Source: a virus
Taxonomy: Duplodnaviria > Heunggongvirae > Uroviricota > Caudoviricetes
Length of the DNA: 64,000 nucleotides
Direction: 5' to 3' (one strand)
Virus record (IMG/VR): IMGVR_UViG_3300027710_000010
Span: 117,763 to 181,762 of that record
Below the pieces are notes generated by a model. The model saw only the letters and a list, made by a program, of their open reading frames with translations. It ran no database searches and was not told the DNA's origin. This document shows positions 8,959 through 18,123 of the stretch, one piece after another. Position 1 is the first letter of the stretch; the number at the start of each line of letters is the position of its first letter. The position numbers and the translations under genes are program-made.

Positions 8959-9884
8959 TTTTTTTTTGAAAGCATTTGTGCTAGTCTGCGGCTATATTGC
9001 ACAGACTCACGCATTTCTCTTCCAGCAGCCTCACCGCCTAACTCAGCGCCTGCTTCTGCTTCTGGAGGGCCTACTTCTTCGCCTGCTGGCGGAACTGCAC
9101 CGCCTGGGCCTTCGCCGCCTGTAAGGATACTAACTGCCTGTGCTAGGCTTTGTCTATTTGTTTCAAGTGCTGAGTAGATTGAATCTAATGCTGGACGAAC
9201 ATTTTGTTCAAACTGTCCACTGATGTCACTACCCATTTCGTCTCTTATAGAGTCTAATAAATCTAACATTGCTTCTGACTTCATAGCAGCCACATCTTCT
9301 AACCAACCAGTGACGCGGTCTACCATGTCTTTTGAAGCCATAATTAATTCGGCTTTTTCTTCTTCGCCTTCAGTAAGTCTAAGATTTTTAACAACTGCTG
9401 TTGCTGTACCTTCATCTAAGTCATATCGTACGATTAATTCATTTACAAGATCGTCAGCATCTTCTTCGATCATTAAACGTGAACGTGCTTCCTGTGTCCA
9501 GCTTGCTGGAATAGAAAACTGTCTTGTATAATGGCGTAGATCTGCCATTGCTTCATTGTACTCTTTCAAGTTCTTTGCCTTTTTCTTTGTTTTTGGCTTC
9601 TCGTCTTTCTCAACGTCTTGATCATCATTTACTTCGCGTTCAGCGATCTCTTGATTAATTACGTCCAAGAACATTTTGTTTTTGTGATACGTGTGATCTG
9701 TATGAACAGCATCATAGCTCTCGTTTGTTTCAAACTGGTGTTGTTCTGTACGCAACTTGTTACGTGCATCTTCCAACTGTTCCATAGTGAACTTTTCCAA
9801 GTTTAATTTATAGCCAAACTTTTGGGCTAGGCTTTCATTAAGCCTCTTACTTGTGACTGGTTTTGTGAAGTCTGTTATCTGCAT
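8955..9884 (-). CDS. prohead core/scaffold-like protein
   Basis: Acidic, helical coiled-coil protein with several L/I-x-E sites; TAAATA box just upstream; ends in SKKK at the A10 run. Confidence 0.55.
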   Translation of the reverse strand: MQITDFTKPVTSKRLNESLAQKFGYKLNLEKFTMEQLEDARNKLRTEQHQFETNESYDAVHTDHTYHKNKMFLDVINQEIAEREVNDDQDVEKDEKPKTKKKAKNLKEYNEAMADLRHYTRQFSIPASWTQEARSRLMIEEDADDLVNELIVRYDLDEGTATAVVKNLRLTEGEEEKAELIMASKDMVDRVTGWLEDVAAMKSEAMLDLLDSIRDEMGSDISGQFEQNVRPALDSIYSALETNRQSLAQAVSILTGGEGPGGAVPPAGEEVGPPEAEAGAELGGEAAGREMRESVQYSRRLAQMLSKKK

Positions 9885-9911
9885 GGTGCTTTCCTAACTT
9901 ATTGTTATTAT

Positions 9912-10352
9912 TTATCTGAACATAGCTCTAAACGTCAAGGATATTTTATCCTTATAATACGTAGCTCTTTGTGTAGTTATCTCGTGTCGCCAGAGGAAGA
10001 TATCTTTCTTCACTGGGTCTTGTGTCTTGGTATAAAAGTGCTTGAAATACTCACTGTCTGTGTGGTTAGTCCAGTACAAGTTATCTAATTCTTTAGTTTC
10101 AATCAAACTTTGAATATTGGATATTTCGTGATATCTAGCTGAAATTATTGCTGTTGACTTTAGGTTGAAATTATCAACAACATGTGTACCTGTTTTGTAC
10201 AATTTAATAAGATCCCAACTGCCGTCTTTTTTAGACTTAATCAAATAGTCCTTATAACCAATTGCTTTGTTGGGCAGTACGGACAATGGTATGTTGCCCT
10301 TGACTTCGTTGTAGAAGCTTTCTAGTTTTTTACCGGCTTTTTTAATATTCAT
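9912..10352 (-). CDS. conserved phage hypothetical protein
   Basis: Tightly coupled ORF in late operon. Confidence 0.7.
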   Translation of the reverse strand: MNIKKAGKKLESFYNEVKGNIPLSVLPNKAIGYKDYLIKSKKDGSWDLIKLYKTGTHVVDNFNLKSTAIISARYHEISNIQSLIETKELDNLYWTNHTDSEYFKHFYTKTQDPVKKDIFLWRHEITTQRATYYKDKISLTFRAMFR

Positions 10353-10542
10353 TTTTTACAATACTTGGATCTTGGAATCCTACTTTTATCAGTAGGCTTT
10401 TACGAATCATATTTTCTGCAATAACATGCTCTCGTTCAGTCAACGCAGACATCTTAATAGGATGTGTTAACTTGTCCAGCATGGCTTGTTCTTCATTTGT
10501 GGTATATATTTCAAAACCATTTAACAGCTGGTTAATTTTCAT
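10342..10542 (-). CDS. small virion-associated hypothetical protein
   Basis: MKINQLL N-terminal motif; overlaps neighbours. Confidence 0.65.
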   Translation of the reverse strand: MKINQLLNGFEIYTTNEEQAMLDKLTHPIKMSALTEREHVIAENMIRKSLLIKVGFQDPSIVKNEY

Positions 10543-11327
10543 AAACCAGCCAACCTCTTGATGTCAAATACATCCTTAGTTGTTGCCTTAGTAACTTTAC
10601 CATCTGTACCAGCTACTCGTTTAGCTAAGCCAGTAATGTAGGAAAATTCATCCATTCTCTCACGCATTTTCATTGTGGTAGCTCTATTACCTGTAGCATG
10701 ATCCATTTCAGAATCTAAGGTACCTACGCCTAGATCATAACTAGCTTTAGATGTAATAGGCTTTCCTTGTGCATCAACTTTATTTGTTGTTTGCAACGGA
10801 CCTGCATTATAACTCTGAGTTGACTGACCAGTTTTTAAATCTTTGGACTTTGAAAATCCAGCAAACGCAGGACTGTTGTGTTTAATAACTGCTCCAGTAT
10901 TGTCATAGATGTATTCTCCAAAGCCGCCCATGTAACTCACAGTCCCGTCTTGCTGTAATGTTAATTTCTCGCCATTGCCTAAATCTCTAGATTGGCCGGC
11001 TTGTAGTCCATCAATGTTTGGCATAGGTGGAGCATCGGCATCGTCTTCACTTTGTTCTGTTGTAGACGTATCGATTTGAATTTGTGCGCCTGGTTTGATC
11101 TCTGGAGCTTTCGCTTGTCCAGGAACTGCCGCTTGTGTATCTGGCGTTGGGTCGTATGTTAAATTGCCTTGTTCATCTGGCTTAACTGCCATTGGGTTCT
11201 TTTTAAGATCAACTGTGGTCATTGTAGACCCTTCTTGATCTGCAAAACTCAACGATTGGCCTGGTTTGTAATCTTTAATAGTAGCTACTGGCCCACCAGC
11301 TTCACCTAATATATCTTTAATTTTCAT
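10539..11327 (-). CDS. virion-associated hypothetical protein
   Basis: MKIKDILGE N-terminus; C-terminal DIKRLAGL motif. Confidence 0.7.
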   Translation of the reverse strand: MKIKDILGEAGGPVATIKDYKPGQSLSFADQEGSTMTTVDLKKNPMAVKPDEQGNLTYDPTPDTQAAVPGQAKAPEIKPGAQIQIDTSTTEQSEDDADAPPMPNIDGLQAGQSRDLGNGEKLTLQQDGTVSYMGGFGEYIYDNTGAVIKHNSPAFAGFSKSKDLKTGQSTQSYNAGPLQTTNKVDAQGKPITSKASYDLGVGTLDSEMDHATGNRATTMKMRERMDEFSYITGLAKRVAGTDGKVTKATTKDVFDIKRLAGL

Positions 11328-12027
11328 AATTGTTCTCCAGGCTCAACGAGTCTGCCTTTAATTTACTTATGTGATTCCTTAACTGCTCTATGTAGCCTTT
11401 GGCTCTTAATATTTTAAACGTTATGTTTTCAACACTAAGTTCACCTTCTCTATCTAATCCCTGTTGGCGCAAACGTTTAATATCATCCGACGTTTGCTTT
11501 ACAGCTTGTAAGTTATCACTGCGTAATGCTGTACGTACCTTACCAACATACTGTTTATATTTAACTTTTACTTCAGCACGGTCTACAGTATCACTAACCG
11601 CTTCTGGCACTTTGAGCCACTTATCATCTAGCACACTATACACGCCCACGCTGTGATGCACTTGCTCTGCATCCTGCACGTAGACTTCTACGTCAATGTT
11701 TTTGATCTTGATATCATGTTGAAAGTTATACTGATTCTTCTTAGCATCAAATAACTGTTTAAGTAACTGTTCTCGATCTTTGGGAATCGTAACGACCAAG
11801 TGTAGATCTAAGTCGCTGTTGCGGCTATAAGTGTAACCAGCGTTACTGCCGCTAATTGTTATGTCCTGTAACCCAAGCGGGTCAATGTCTATAAATTTGA
11901 TAAAGTGTTGTGCAACTTCTAATAAATGGTATCTGATTTCAGGTTTAAGTTTTCCCTTGGACCAAAGTTTAGAGTTTAGTCGCTGATGAAAAACTATTGC
12001 GGTGCTTACTAGATCTTCTTGTTGCAT
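11317..12027 (-). CDS. nucleotidyltransferase (Pol-beta superfamily)
   Basis: GSNAGYTYSRNSDLDLH (GS-x9-DxD) and VEVYVQD; TAAATA box immediately upstream. Confidence 0.8.
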   Translation of the reverse strand: MQQEDLVSTAIVFHQRLNSKLWSKGKLKPEIRYHLLEVAQHFIKFIDIDPLGLQDITISGSNAGYTYSRNSDLDLHLVVTIPKDREQLLKQLFDAKKNQYNFQHDIKIKNIDVEVYVQDAEQVHHSVGVYSVLDDKWLKVPEAVSDTVDRAEVKVKYKQYVGKVRTALRSDNLQAVKQTSDDIKRLRQQGLDREGELSVENITFKILRAKGYIEQLRNHISKLKADSLSLENNYEN

Positions 12028-12044
12028 AGGTCATTATTTAATCG

Positions 12045-12395
12045 TTAAAGACCTAGGAACTTTAAAATGTGTGGAAAGTTAACTGCATTAACCCAGCCAC
12101 TGCCTGCGGCAAATGCTAGACCAACCATAGAGTACATGGTCCATTTACTTTTAATTTTTTCTAACTCTGTAATCTTACCAGCTAACTCGGTATGTTGATC
12201 ACAACTATTTTTGTTCATTATAGTCAGCTGGTCCATTATTCCGTCACGGGTACGATCAAGGCAATCATGCATGTCTTTGACATCTATTTTGATGTCATCG
12301 AGCTTTTCTTCTATATTGTCTACTTTGGTTTCTAATACGCTTACACGTTCTGGAACTGTAGCTAATGCTACAACTGCCGCTGATTGTCTGGCCAT
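12045..12395 (-). CDS. coiled-coil protein with C-terminal TM helix (holin-like)
   Basis: RVSVLETKVDNIEEKL coiled coil followed by a hydrophobic C-terminal segment. Confidence 0.5.
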   Translation of the reverse strand: MARQSAAVVALATVPERVSVLETKVDNIEEKLDDIKIDVKDMHDCLDRTRDGIMDQLTIMNKNSCDQHTELAGKITELEKIKSKWTMYSMVGLAFAAGSGWVNAVNFPHILKFLGL

Positions 12396-12487
12396 TTTGG
12401 GCTCTTCCTATTTTTATGAATTAAAGTGTCTGGGTCACGTTTCCCAGTGTATTATTAATTGCCTAATGATGAGCCTATATCAAGTAT

Positions 12488-12883
12488 TTATACTAACATT
12501 TCAAATGATATGTTCTTGCCAGGCAGGAATATTGCAGTATCTTGCGGAACTGTTTCTGTTAAATTGGGAATGTAGGGCACTAGATTGAATAATTGCTTTA
12601 GAAAGCCAACATGGTCGTCTCCATCTAAGAACAAAAACTCACGCTCAGTGAACCATTCAAAAACCCATACATTTGAAAGACCCTTGCCTTCTAACCCATA
12701 CTTCTTTGGATGACAAATTTCCACTGACGGTGATTTATTGTACTCGAGGTTAGCCCTCATTCCAATTGTTTGTATCACAGTATCAAAGTTTTGCTGTTGG
12801 CTTCGTGCTTGTCTATTCTCAGCAGAGTTTTGGTACTGCTTTGTATTTGTTATATCAACTAGGGTATACAGTTTATAGTGCAT
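12488..12883 (-). CDS. conserved phage hypothetical protein
   Basis: YTLVDITNT..QQQNFDTVIQTIGMRAN; TAAATA box upstream. Confidence 0.7.
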   Translation of the reverse strand: MHYKLYTLVDITNTKQYQNSAENRQARSQQQNFDTVIQTIGMRANLEYNKSPSVEICHPKKYGLEGKGLSNVWVFEWFTEREFLFLDGDDHVGFLKQLFNLVPYIPNLTETVPQDTAIFLPGKNISFEMLV

Positions 12884-12903
12884 AGGCAGTATTTAACAGT
12901 CGT

Positions 12904-12930
12904 AAAAAAGCCCCACTGTAAAAGTGGGGC
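12904..12930 (-). terminator. Rho-independent terminator
   Basis: GCCCCACT-5 nt-AGTGGGGC stem followed by a T-run on the minus strand. Confidence 0.8.
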
Positions 12931-12960
12931 CATCCTTCCCATCCCTAGGAAATTTAACTA

Positions 12961-13278
12961 TTAATTGCTTGTAAATTCAGCAACTACAGCCAATGTGATA
13001 TCAGCAACGTAGTCACCAGATGAAGTGCCTAATGTACCTGTACCTTGTAGTGCTAGGTAAACTGGGTCTGTACCAATTGTTCCTGCAACACCAGCAACTG
13101 TGAAAGAGTCGTTAGTTGCACCAACGTCTGTTCCTACTGATAATGCTTGAATCAATGTGTTCAATTCAGCTTGTGTGTGGCTACCTGTGCCTTTGTTTAC
13201 GCTAACAATAAGTGTGCGTGGACCTAAACCGTTACCAGTTTTAGTGTCATAATTTACTGTAAATCCAATTCCTGCCAT
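12961..13278 (-). CDS. small structural protein (head-decoration-like)
   Basis: G/T/A/V-rich beta protein with its own late box (about 13350), strong GGAG RBS and its own terminator. Confidence 0.55.
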   Translation of the reverse strand: MAGIGFTVNYDTKTGNGLGPRTLIVSVNKGTGSHTQAELNTLIQALSVGTDVGATNDSFTVAGVAGTIGTDPVYLALQGTGTLGTSSGDYVADITLAVVAEFTSN

Positions 13279-13400
13279 GATATATTCTCCTCGTTGGCTT
13301 TGTCTACTACTCTGTAGACAGCTTGCAACCCTGCAAGCCTTTGTAATATTATTTAGCCACTATTGGAAAAAATACCCGATATGGGGTAAAAATTGGGAGA

Positions 13401-13670
13401 TTAAACTGGATCTTTGCCAGTTTTACGAGACTCTTGAATGCGTTGTATGCCACGTTTAAATTTGCTACTGTCACCGGCACGTATAGCATTAAGGAAACGG
13501 CGCTCTAATTCTGCGGCTGTTTCGATATCATAGTTTTCTCTAATAAGAGAAAGCAAATTGACAGCACTTTGAATGATGTTTGACCCGCGAGATTCAATGA
13601 CCAAGTCAGCATTTCTGCTAACGCCTATATCATTCAATTCCTGCAATATACTTCTTGTACTTTTACGCAT
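13401..13670 (-). CDS. conserved phage hypothetical protein
   Basis: RSILQEL..VIESRGSNIIQSAVNLL..AELERRFLNAIR. Confidence 0.7.
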   Translation of the reverse strand: MRKSTRSILQELNDIGVSRNADLVIESRGSNIIQSAVNLLSLIRENYDIETAAELERRFLNAIRAGDSSKFKRGIQRIQESRKTGKDPV

Positions 13671-13733
13671 AGTTTGTTTTTGTTATGTAATGTATTTATT
13701 GGATTGTAACACAACATATGACTAAACGCAACC

Positions 13734-13772
13734 TTGACTTTTTGTGCGGTGCAGTATATATTAGTATAAATA
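13734..13772 (+). promoter_or_regulatory. sigma70 promoter plus TATAAATA late promoter, with TGCGGTGCA box in the spacer
   Basis: TTGACT-17 nt-TATATT, then TATAAATA at 13765-13772. Confidence 0.6.
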
Positions 13773-13816
13773 CTATCAGTAGAAACACTGAGTTCTACAC
13801 ACACAGAGGTTAATCA

Positions 13817-13996
13817 ATGAAAAATATATCAAAACGTATGCTAGGCATGTTAGAGCGACTAGCAGAAATGTTTCCAAACAGCTCTTATCAAAGCCGCTTA
13901 GACACTTATCTAAGCACAAAAGGCATTACCGATGCCGCACAACTCGAAAACTACATTCGAGAGTTCAGTTATTCTCACAAGGAACAATATATATGA
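13817..13996 (+). CDS. DUF3563-like small protein
   Basis: Hand-translated 59 aa MKNISKRMLGMLERLAEMFP..YQSRLDTYLSTKGITDAAQLENYIREF; GAGG RBS; not in ORF track. Confidence 0.6.
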   Translation: MKNISKRMLGMLERLAEMFPNSSYQSRLDTYLSTKGITDAAQLENYIREFSYSHKEQYI

Positions 13997-14115
13997 AAAA
14001 CATTTTAGACACATTATACAGTATCTGTATTGGCATTGGCAAAGTACGAGCAGCATCCGCTATGGCTCGTGCAGGCATGCACGAAGAAGCCAAAGCAATC
14101 ATGCTGGCAAAATAA
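13993..14115 (+). CDS. small helical hypothetical protein (40 aa)
   Basis: MKNILDTLYSICIGIGKVRAASAMARAGMHEEAKAIMLAK; ATGA overlap with the previous ORF. Confidence 0.55.
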   Translation: MKNILDTLYSICIGIGKVRAASAMARAGMHEEAKAIMLAK

Positions 14116-14164
14116 ATTTGTTACGTCACATGGCGTAAATACACACAGAGAGGGAGTCTTATAT

Positions 14165-14581
14165 ATGACCACAAAGTTTTCACACGTTAAGGGTTCTGAG
14201 GTAGAGTTTAAAGGTGGTGGGCTTCGCGACTTTTTCCTATACAAAGACCTTGGCGTAGCAGATGCAACACACGGGCGTGTGCTTGCTCATATCACTAAAG
14301 CTAACTTACCCCCAGAAGGTTCAGGCGGTACAGGTTGGCACATCCACGTAGCTGAGTTCCAAATTGTTTACATGTTAAAGGGTTGGGCAAAGTTCATGTA
14401 CGAAGACAAGATCCATTTAGTCGAAGCAGGCGACTGCGTACAACAACGTCCGGGCATTGTACACTACTTGTACGACTACAGTCCAGACATGGAGTATTTG
14501 GAAATTATCACTCCAGCAGATTACGGCACAGAACCAGCAGAAGGTCCTTGCGATATACCCAATCCAACACCTTGGGAGTAA
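14165..14581 (+). CDS. cupin domain protein
   Basis: GWHIHVAEFQIVYMLKG and GDCVQQRPGIVH motifs; start MTTKF after GGGAG RBS. Confidence 0.9.
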   Translation: MTTKFSHVKGSEVEFKGGGLRDFFLYKDLGVADATHGRVLAHITKANLPPEGSGGTGWHIHVAEFQIVYMLKGWAKFMYEDKIHLVEAGDCVQQRPGIVHYLYDYSPDMEYLEIITPADYGTEPAEGPCDIPNPTPWE

Positions 14582-14584
14582 ACC

Positions 14585-15160
14585 ATGACACTAGTTTACA
14601 TTCACGGCGCCAGTGCCACAAGTGAAAGTTTCAATTACATAAGAAGCAAGTTAGGCGATGGAATAGATGTCAACTACGATAGCCGTAATGGTTTTGAAAA
14701 TAATCTAGCAGATATCAAAGAGCAAATAGGCGACACTAAAGATGTGTTTTTTATTGCTCATAGTCTAGGCGGCATTTACAGTTTACATCTAGCCAATACT
14801 ATTCCCAATCAAGTATTAGGTGCTGTTACTCTAAGCACACCATACGGTGGTGCTGAAGTGGCAGACTTTGCCAAGTTCTTCTTGCCATTTAGTCGACTAA
14901 TGCGAGACATTGGGCCAAGTAGCTGGGCTATGAAACAGGCCAACAACATCAAGATCCAACACCCGTGGACCAATATAGTTACAGTAAAAGGACAAAGTCC
15001 ATTCATGCATGAGCCCAACGATGGTGTAGTAACCATTGCTAGTCAGAAGCATCATATAGATATGGAACTAGTGGAAGTAGACTACAACCATTACGAAGTT
15101 GTACTGTCGCCGGCTGTGATTAAAATTATTAGAGAACGAATAAAAAAGTTCACAAAATAG
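14585..15160 (+). CDS. alpha/beta hydrolase
   Basis: VYIHGA, AHSLGG nucleophile elbow, NDGVV and NHYEV catalytic motifs. Confidence 0.88.
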   Translation: MTLVYIHGASATSESFNYIRSKLGDGIDVNYDSRNGFENNLADIKEQIGDTKDVFFIAHSLGGIYSLHLANTIPNQVLGAVTLSTPYGGAEVADFAKFFLPFSRLMRDIGPSSWAMKQANNIKIQHPWTNIVTVKGQSPFMHEPNDGVVTIASQKHHIDMELVEVDYNHYEVVLSPAVIKIIRERIKKFTK

Positions 15161-15189
15161 TTGCATTTATGCTTAAAGGCATATATAAT
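15161..15189 (+). promoter_or_regulatory. sigma70-type promoter
   Basis: TTGCAT-17 nt-TATAAT. Confidence 0.6.
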
Positions 15190-15251
15190 ACATACAACAG
15201 CGAAACAGAAGTAGTTGTATAACACACAAACATAACACACAGGAGATTAAT

Positions 15252-15470
15252 ATGTTTACATCATTTGATACAATCATCGACACCGTTCAAGGTGCCCAAA
15301 AGTCTTTCGTAGAAACCTACGTTACAGACAAAAAGATCCAAGCAGAGCTAGTCAAGCTAACAGAAGCACAAGCTAAGTTTGCTAAAGGTTCTTACCAAAC
15401 TACTCTAAGTATTGCCCAAGCAGTTTACAAGACTGCAACTGACGCAGTTCAAACTAAAAAGGCAGAATAA
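15252..15470 (+). CDS. phasin-like small protein
   Basis: Amphipathic helical 72-aa protein (IDTVQGAQKSFVET..LVKLTEAQAKFAK); resemblance judged by eye. Confidence 0.45.
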   Translation: MFTSFDTIIDTVQGAQKSFVETYVTDKKIQAELVKLTEAQAKFAKGSYQTTLSIAQAVYKTATDAVQTKKAE

Positions 15471-15472
15471 GC

Positions 15473-15742
15473 ATGACTGATTTCACAACACCAAAACTAC
15501 CAGAAGTTAAATTCAACAAGAACGGATATGAAATCCGTACAGACATTCTTGGAATGGCAAAAAGCCTAGTACAAGATGACTTCCAATCTAAATTTGCAGG
15601 TTGGGAAATGACTGCTACTCGCGATGAGAAGACTGGTCAGATCGTTAGTACAGTAGCAATGCCACAATTTCCAGGACTTGAAAAAGTTTTAGAAACTGCG
15701 GAAAAGATGTATGCCTTTGTTAACACAGGTGCAAAGAAGTAA
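15473..15742 (+). CDS. conserved phage hypothetical protein
   Basis: NKNGYEIRTDILGMAK..VLETAEKMYAFV. Confidence 0.7.
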   Translation: MTDFTTPKLPEVKFNKNGYEIRTDILGMAKSLVQDDFQSKFAGWEMTATRDEKTGQIVSTVAMPQFPGLEKVLETAEKMYAFVNTGAKK

Positions 15743-15786
15743 TACATCCCCATGCATAGCATTAAGTAGGTTGATACTATAAAAAC

Positions 15787-15812
15787 AAAAGGACTCTTCG
15801 GAGTCCTTTTTT
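15787..15812. terminator. bidirectional Rho-independent terminator
   Basis: AAAAGGACTC-TTCG-GAGTCCTTTT between convergent genes. Confidence 0.9.
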
Positions 15813-16446
15813 ATTCGTATGTTACTGTATCGCTATCACCTAATGCCCATTTAGGATTTGTTTCCACTACATATTTTTTAGTGGCAACTTTAAAGTCTGG
15901 GAACAACAGTTCCTTTGGATTGCTGGCAGCATCTAAAAATATGCAACGGTTGTTGGGCTGAGCCGCATACTGTCCATTATCCAATTCAATAAAGTTAAAG
16001 CTCTTATGATCTTCGGGCCACTCACTATAACTAGTGTCAATAGTGTTTAGGTCTGGACTAGCGTTATCTACTGTAAACAAGTAGCTGCCTTGATAAAACT
16101 GTTTGTCTTTAGCATAAACTTTGCAACTTAGATTACGCAGGAACGCTTTTTGAATTACTGCTATATCATAACTAAAGCAGTCCCAAATCTGTAGTGTATC
16201 CAATGGCAGGAACTTGTCTGGTTCAAGATTGTCTTTACGACTTACATAAGCATGTAATGGTAGCTTGTCATATAGCGCACCGTATCTAGGCAAGTAAGCT
16301 TCTATACGAAATGCTTGGCTACGTAAGCTCTTGATACTGACCCAGATACAAGGCTCATATTCACCGTGGCCTTTTTGGTAGTCATATAGAAATTCCTTAC
16401 GTACAAAACAATGTACGGGTGGAAGGTTCGCAACTAAAAAACTCAT
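15811..16446 (-). CDS. conserved phage hypothetical protein
   Basis: ANLPPVHCFVRKEFLYD, QIWDCFSY and NGQYAAQPNNR motifs, common in large aquatic phages. Confidence 0.8.
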   Translation of the reverse strand: MSFLVANLPPVHCFVRKEFLYDYQKGHGEYEPCIWVSIKSLRSQAFRIEAYLPRYGALYDKLPLHAYVSRKDNLEPDKFLPLDTLQIWDCFSYDIAVIQKAFLRNLSCKVYAKDKQFYQGSYLFTVDNASPDLNTIDTSYSEWPEDHKSFNFIELDNGQYAAQPNNRCIFLDAASNPKELLFPDFKVATKKYVVETNPKWALGDSDTVTYE

Positions 16447-16449
16447 TGC

Positions 16450-17442
16450 TTATTTGTTTTTTCCTGCTTTCATATTGGCTAACCAATGTGCCATGCGTTG
16501 TTTTTCGCCTGTGCTATTTTTAGCAGTATTGCGTAGATCACTAACACTGGCTTTAGTATTAACTCCACTACGTTTTGCTAATCCTTTACGTCCAGGATTC
16601 TTTCCGTCTGCAAAGTTTTCGCCCACGTTGTATGTTGGGTCAGTCTTTTGACGCTTCATACCTTTAGGCTGTTTAGGATCAACAGGATCAATATCGGTTG
16701 TAGTGAGACCTGTCTTCTTCAAAGCATTGATGTAGTTGTGTTCTTCTTCCTCACTACCAAACGAGAAAATAGCACTTGGTGGTCCTTTGCCAAAGTCATG
16801 CTTGCCAAGACCTTTCATGTCACTAACATGTTGTCCAAGTTTATACCAATCATACACATCATCAACATCTACTCTAACTGTGCCTGCGGGCATAGTAGGT
16901 TTAGTTTCTGGACCACGAGGCTTTTCATTTGGATGATAGTCTTCGTCTTTTTTGCGGCCCTGACAGTGAGCACGTTGGCTAAACCCTTTAGGGTTACTGC
17001 AATTGATATCACTTTTATATTTTGCACTCCAAGCTTCTGCTAGTATGCCAGCACGTTGGAATAGTTCTGGATTCATTTTACCCCACAAACGCATAATAAC
17101 TGCGGCTTTGGCATTAGCTTCGTTTTCTTGTGGACTACCGTCCTCACCACTACGGTCATTGAGTTCACCGTTGATGTCTTGTTTATGGTGTACCATTTCG
17201 TGGGCCAAGGTACGTAACACATCCATAATGTGTCTGTTACCTATGTTGATCTCAATACCGCCTCCAGGCATGTATCCGCCAAAACTTTTACGTTGTGCCG
17301 CTTGTCTAGGATCTCTGACTAGTTTAATAGACGGTGGACGTTTAAGTCCTAACCTGTCGCCAGCAAACTCAACAAAGGCTTTGACAATGGCATCAGTGCC
17401 GTCATCTTTAACAGGCTCTTCACATAATTCTAAAAAACGCAT
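16450..17442 (-). CDS. modular virion-associated protein with HExxH zincin-like domain
   Basis: LRTLAHEMVHHKQ..ENEANA followed by short basic, Cys-containing modules. Confidence 0.7.
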   Translation of the reverse strand: MRFLELCEEPVKDDGTDAIVKAFVEFAGDRLGLKRPPSIKLVRDPRQAAQRKSFGGYMPGGGIEINIGNRHIMDVLRTLAHEMVHHKQDINGELNDRSGEDGSPQENEANAKAAVIMRLWGKMNPELFQRAGILAEAWSAKYKSDINCSNPKGFSQRAHCQGRKKDEDYHPNEKPRGPETKPTMPAGTVRVDVDDVYDWYKLGQHVSDMKGLGKHDFGKGPPSAIFSFGSEEEEHNYINALKKTGLTTTDIDPVDPKQPKGMKRQKTDPTYNVGENFADGKNPGRKGLAKRSGVNTKASVSDLRNTAKNSTGEKQRMAHWLANMKAGKNK

Positions 17443-18107
17443 TATTCTTTTGGCACACAGTTAGGAACTGTTTTGCCACCTTTCTTCTTAGTGCCCACTG
17501 GCTTATAACCTTTCCAGCAAGGATTGTCTTTGGGGTTCTTTAATCCTTCTGATAAATCTTCTGGAGCGAATCCAATATAACTACTACCATGCTCGTCACC
17601 GGATTGTACTACAAATGCACCACCGTCTTCTGATTCTATCTCACCAATTTCCCAACCCATACGGTCGAGGACTCTTTCAACTTTCTGTTGTAGATCCTCA
17701 TCACCTTTGTACCAGATTCTTGCGTACTTGCGTAGTATATCTTCTTCGCCATCGTCGCCGCCATCATCATCACTGGCAGCAAACTCATCAATGTTCTTAT
17801 CAATGCCACGACTAGCGACACCGCCCTTACGACGTTTGTCTGCTAGTTCAGCAATACCATGGCGTATCTGTTCTAAGTTCTGTTCCAAGCCCATAAACAT
17901 TCCACCCTTAGCTTTGGCGCAGATGTTTTGCCATACCGCTAGATCATTAGACTCAGATGCCTGTGCTAGTTCTTTTAACTGGGCACGGGCTTGCATGATG
18001 CGACCTTTTAAGCTCATTGGGTTGGCTTTTTCATGTCCGTAGACAGTGGGATCATTGGGGTCGCCAGTCATGTCAATTGGAGTTTCTAGCAGTTGATATA
18101 TTTTCAT
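17442..18107 (-). CDS. modular virion-associated protein
   Basis: Start MKIYQLLE; C-terminal NPCWKGYKPVGTKKKGGKTVPNCVP module. Confidence 0.7.
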   Translation of the reverse strand: MKIYQLLETPIDMTGDPNDPTVYGHEKANPMSLKGRIMQARAQLKELAQASESNDLAVWQNICAKAKGGMFMGLEQNLEQIRHGIAELADKRRKGGVASRGIDKNIDEFAASDDDGGDDGEEDILRKYARIWYKGDEDLQQKVERVLDRMGWEIGEIESEDGGAFVVQSGDEHGSSYIGFAPEDLSEGLKNPKDNPCWKGYKPVGTKKKGGKTVPNCVPKE

Positions 18108-18123
18108 AATAATACTTATCTTG

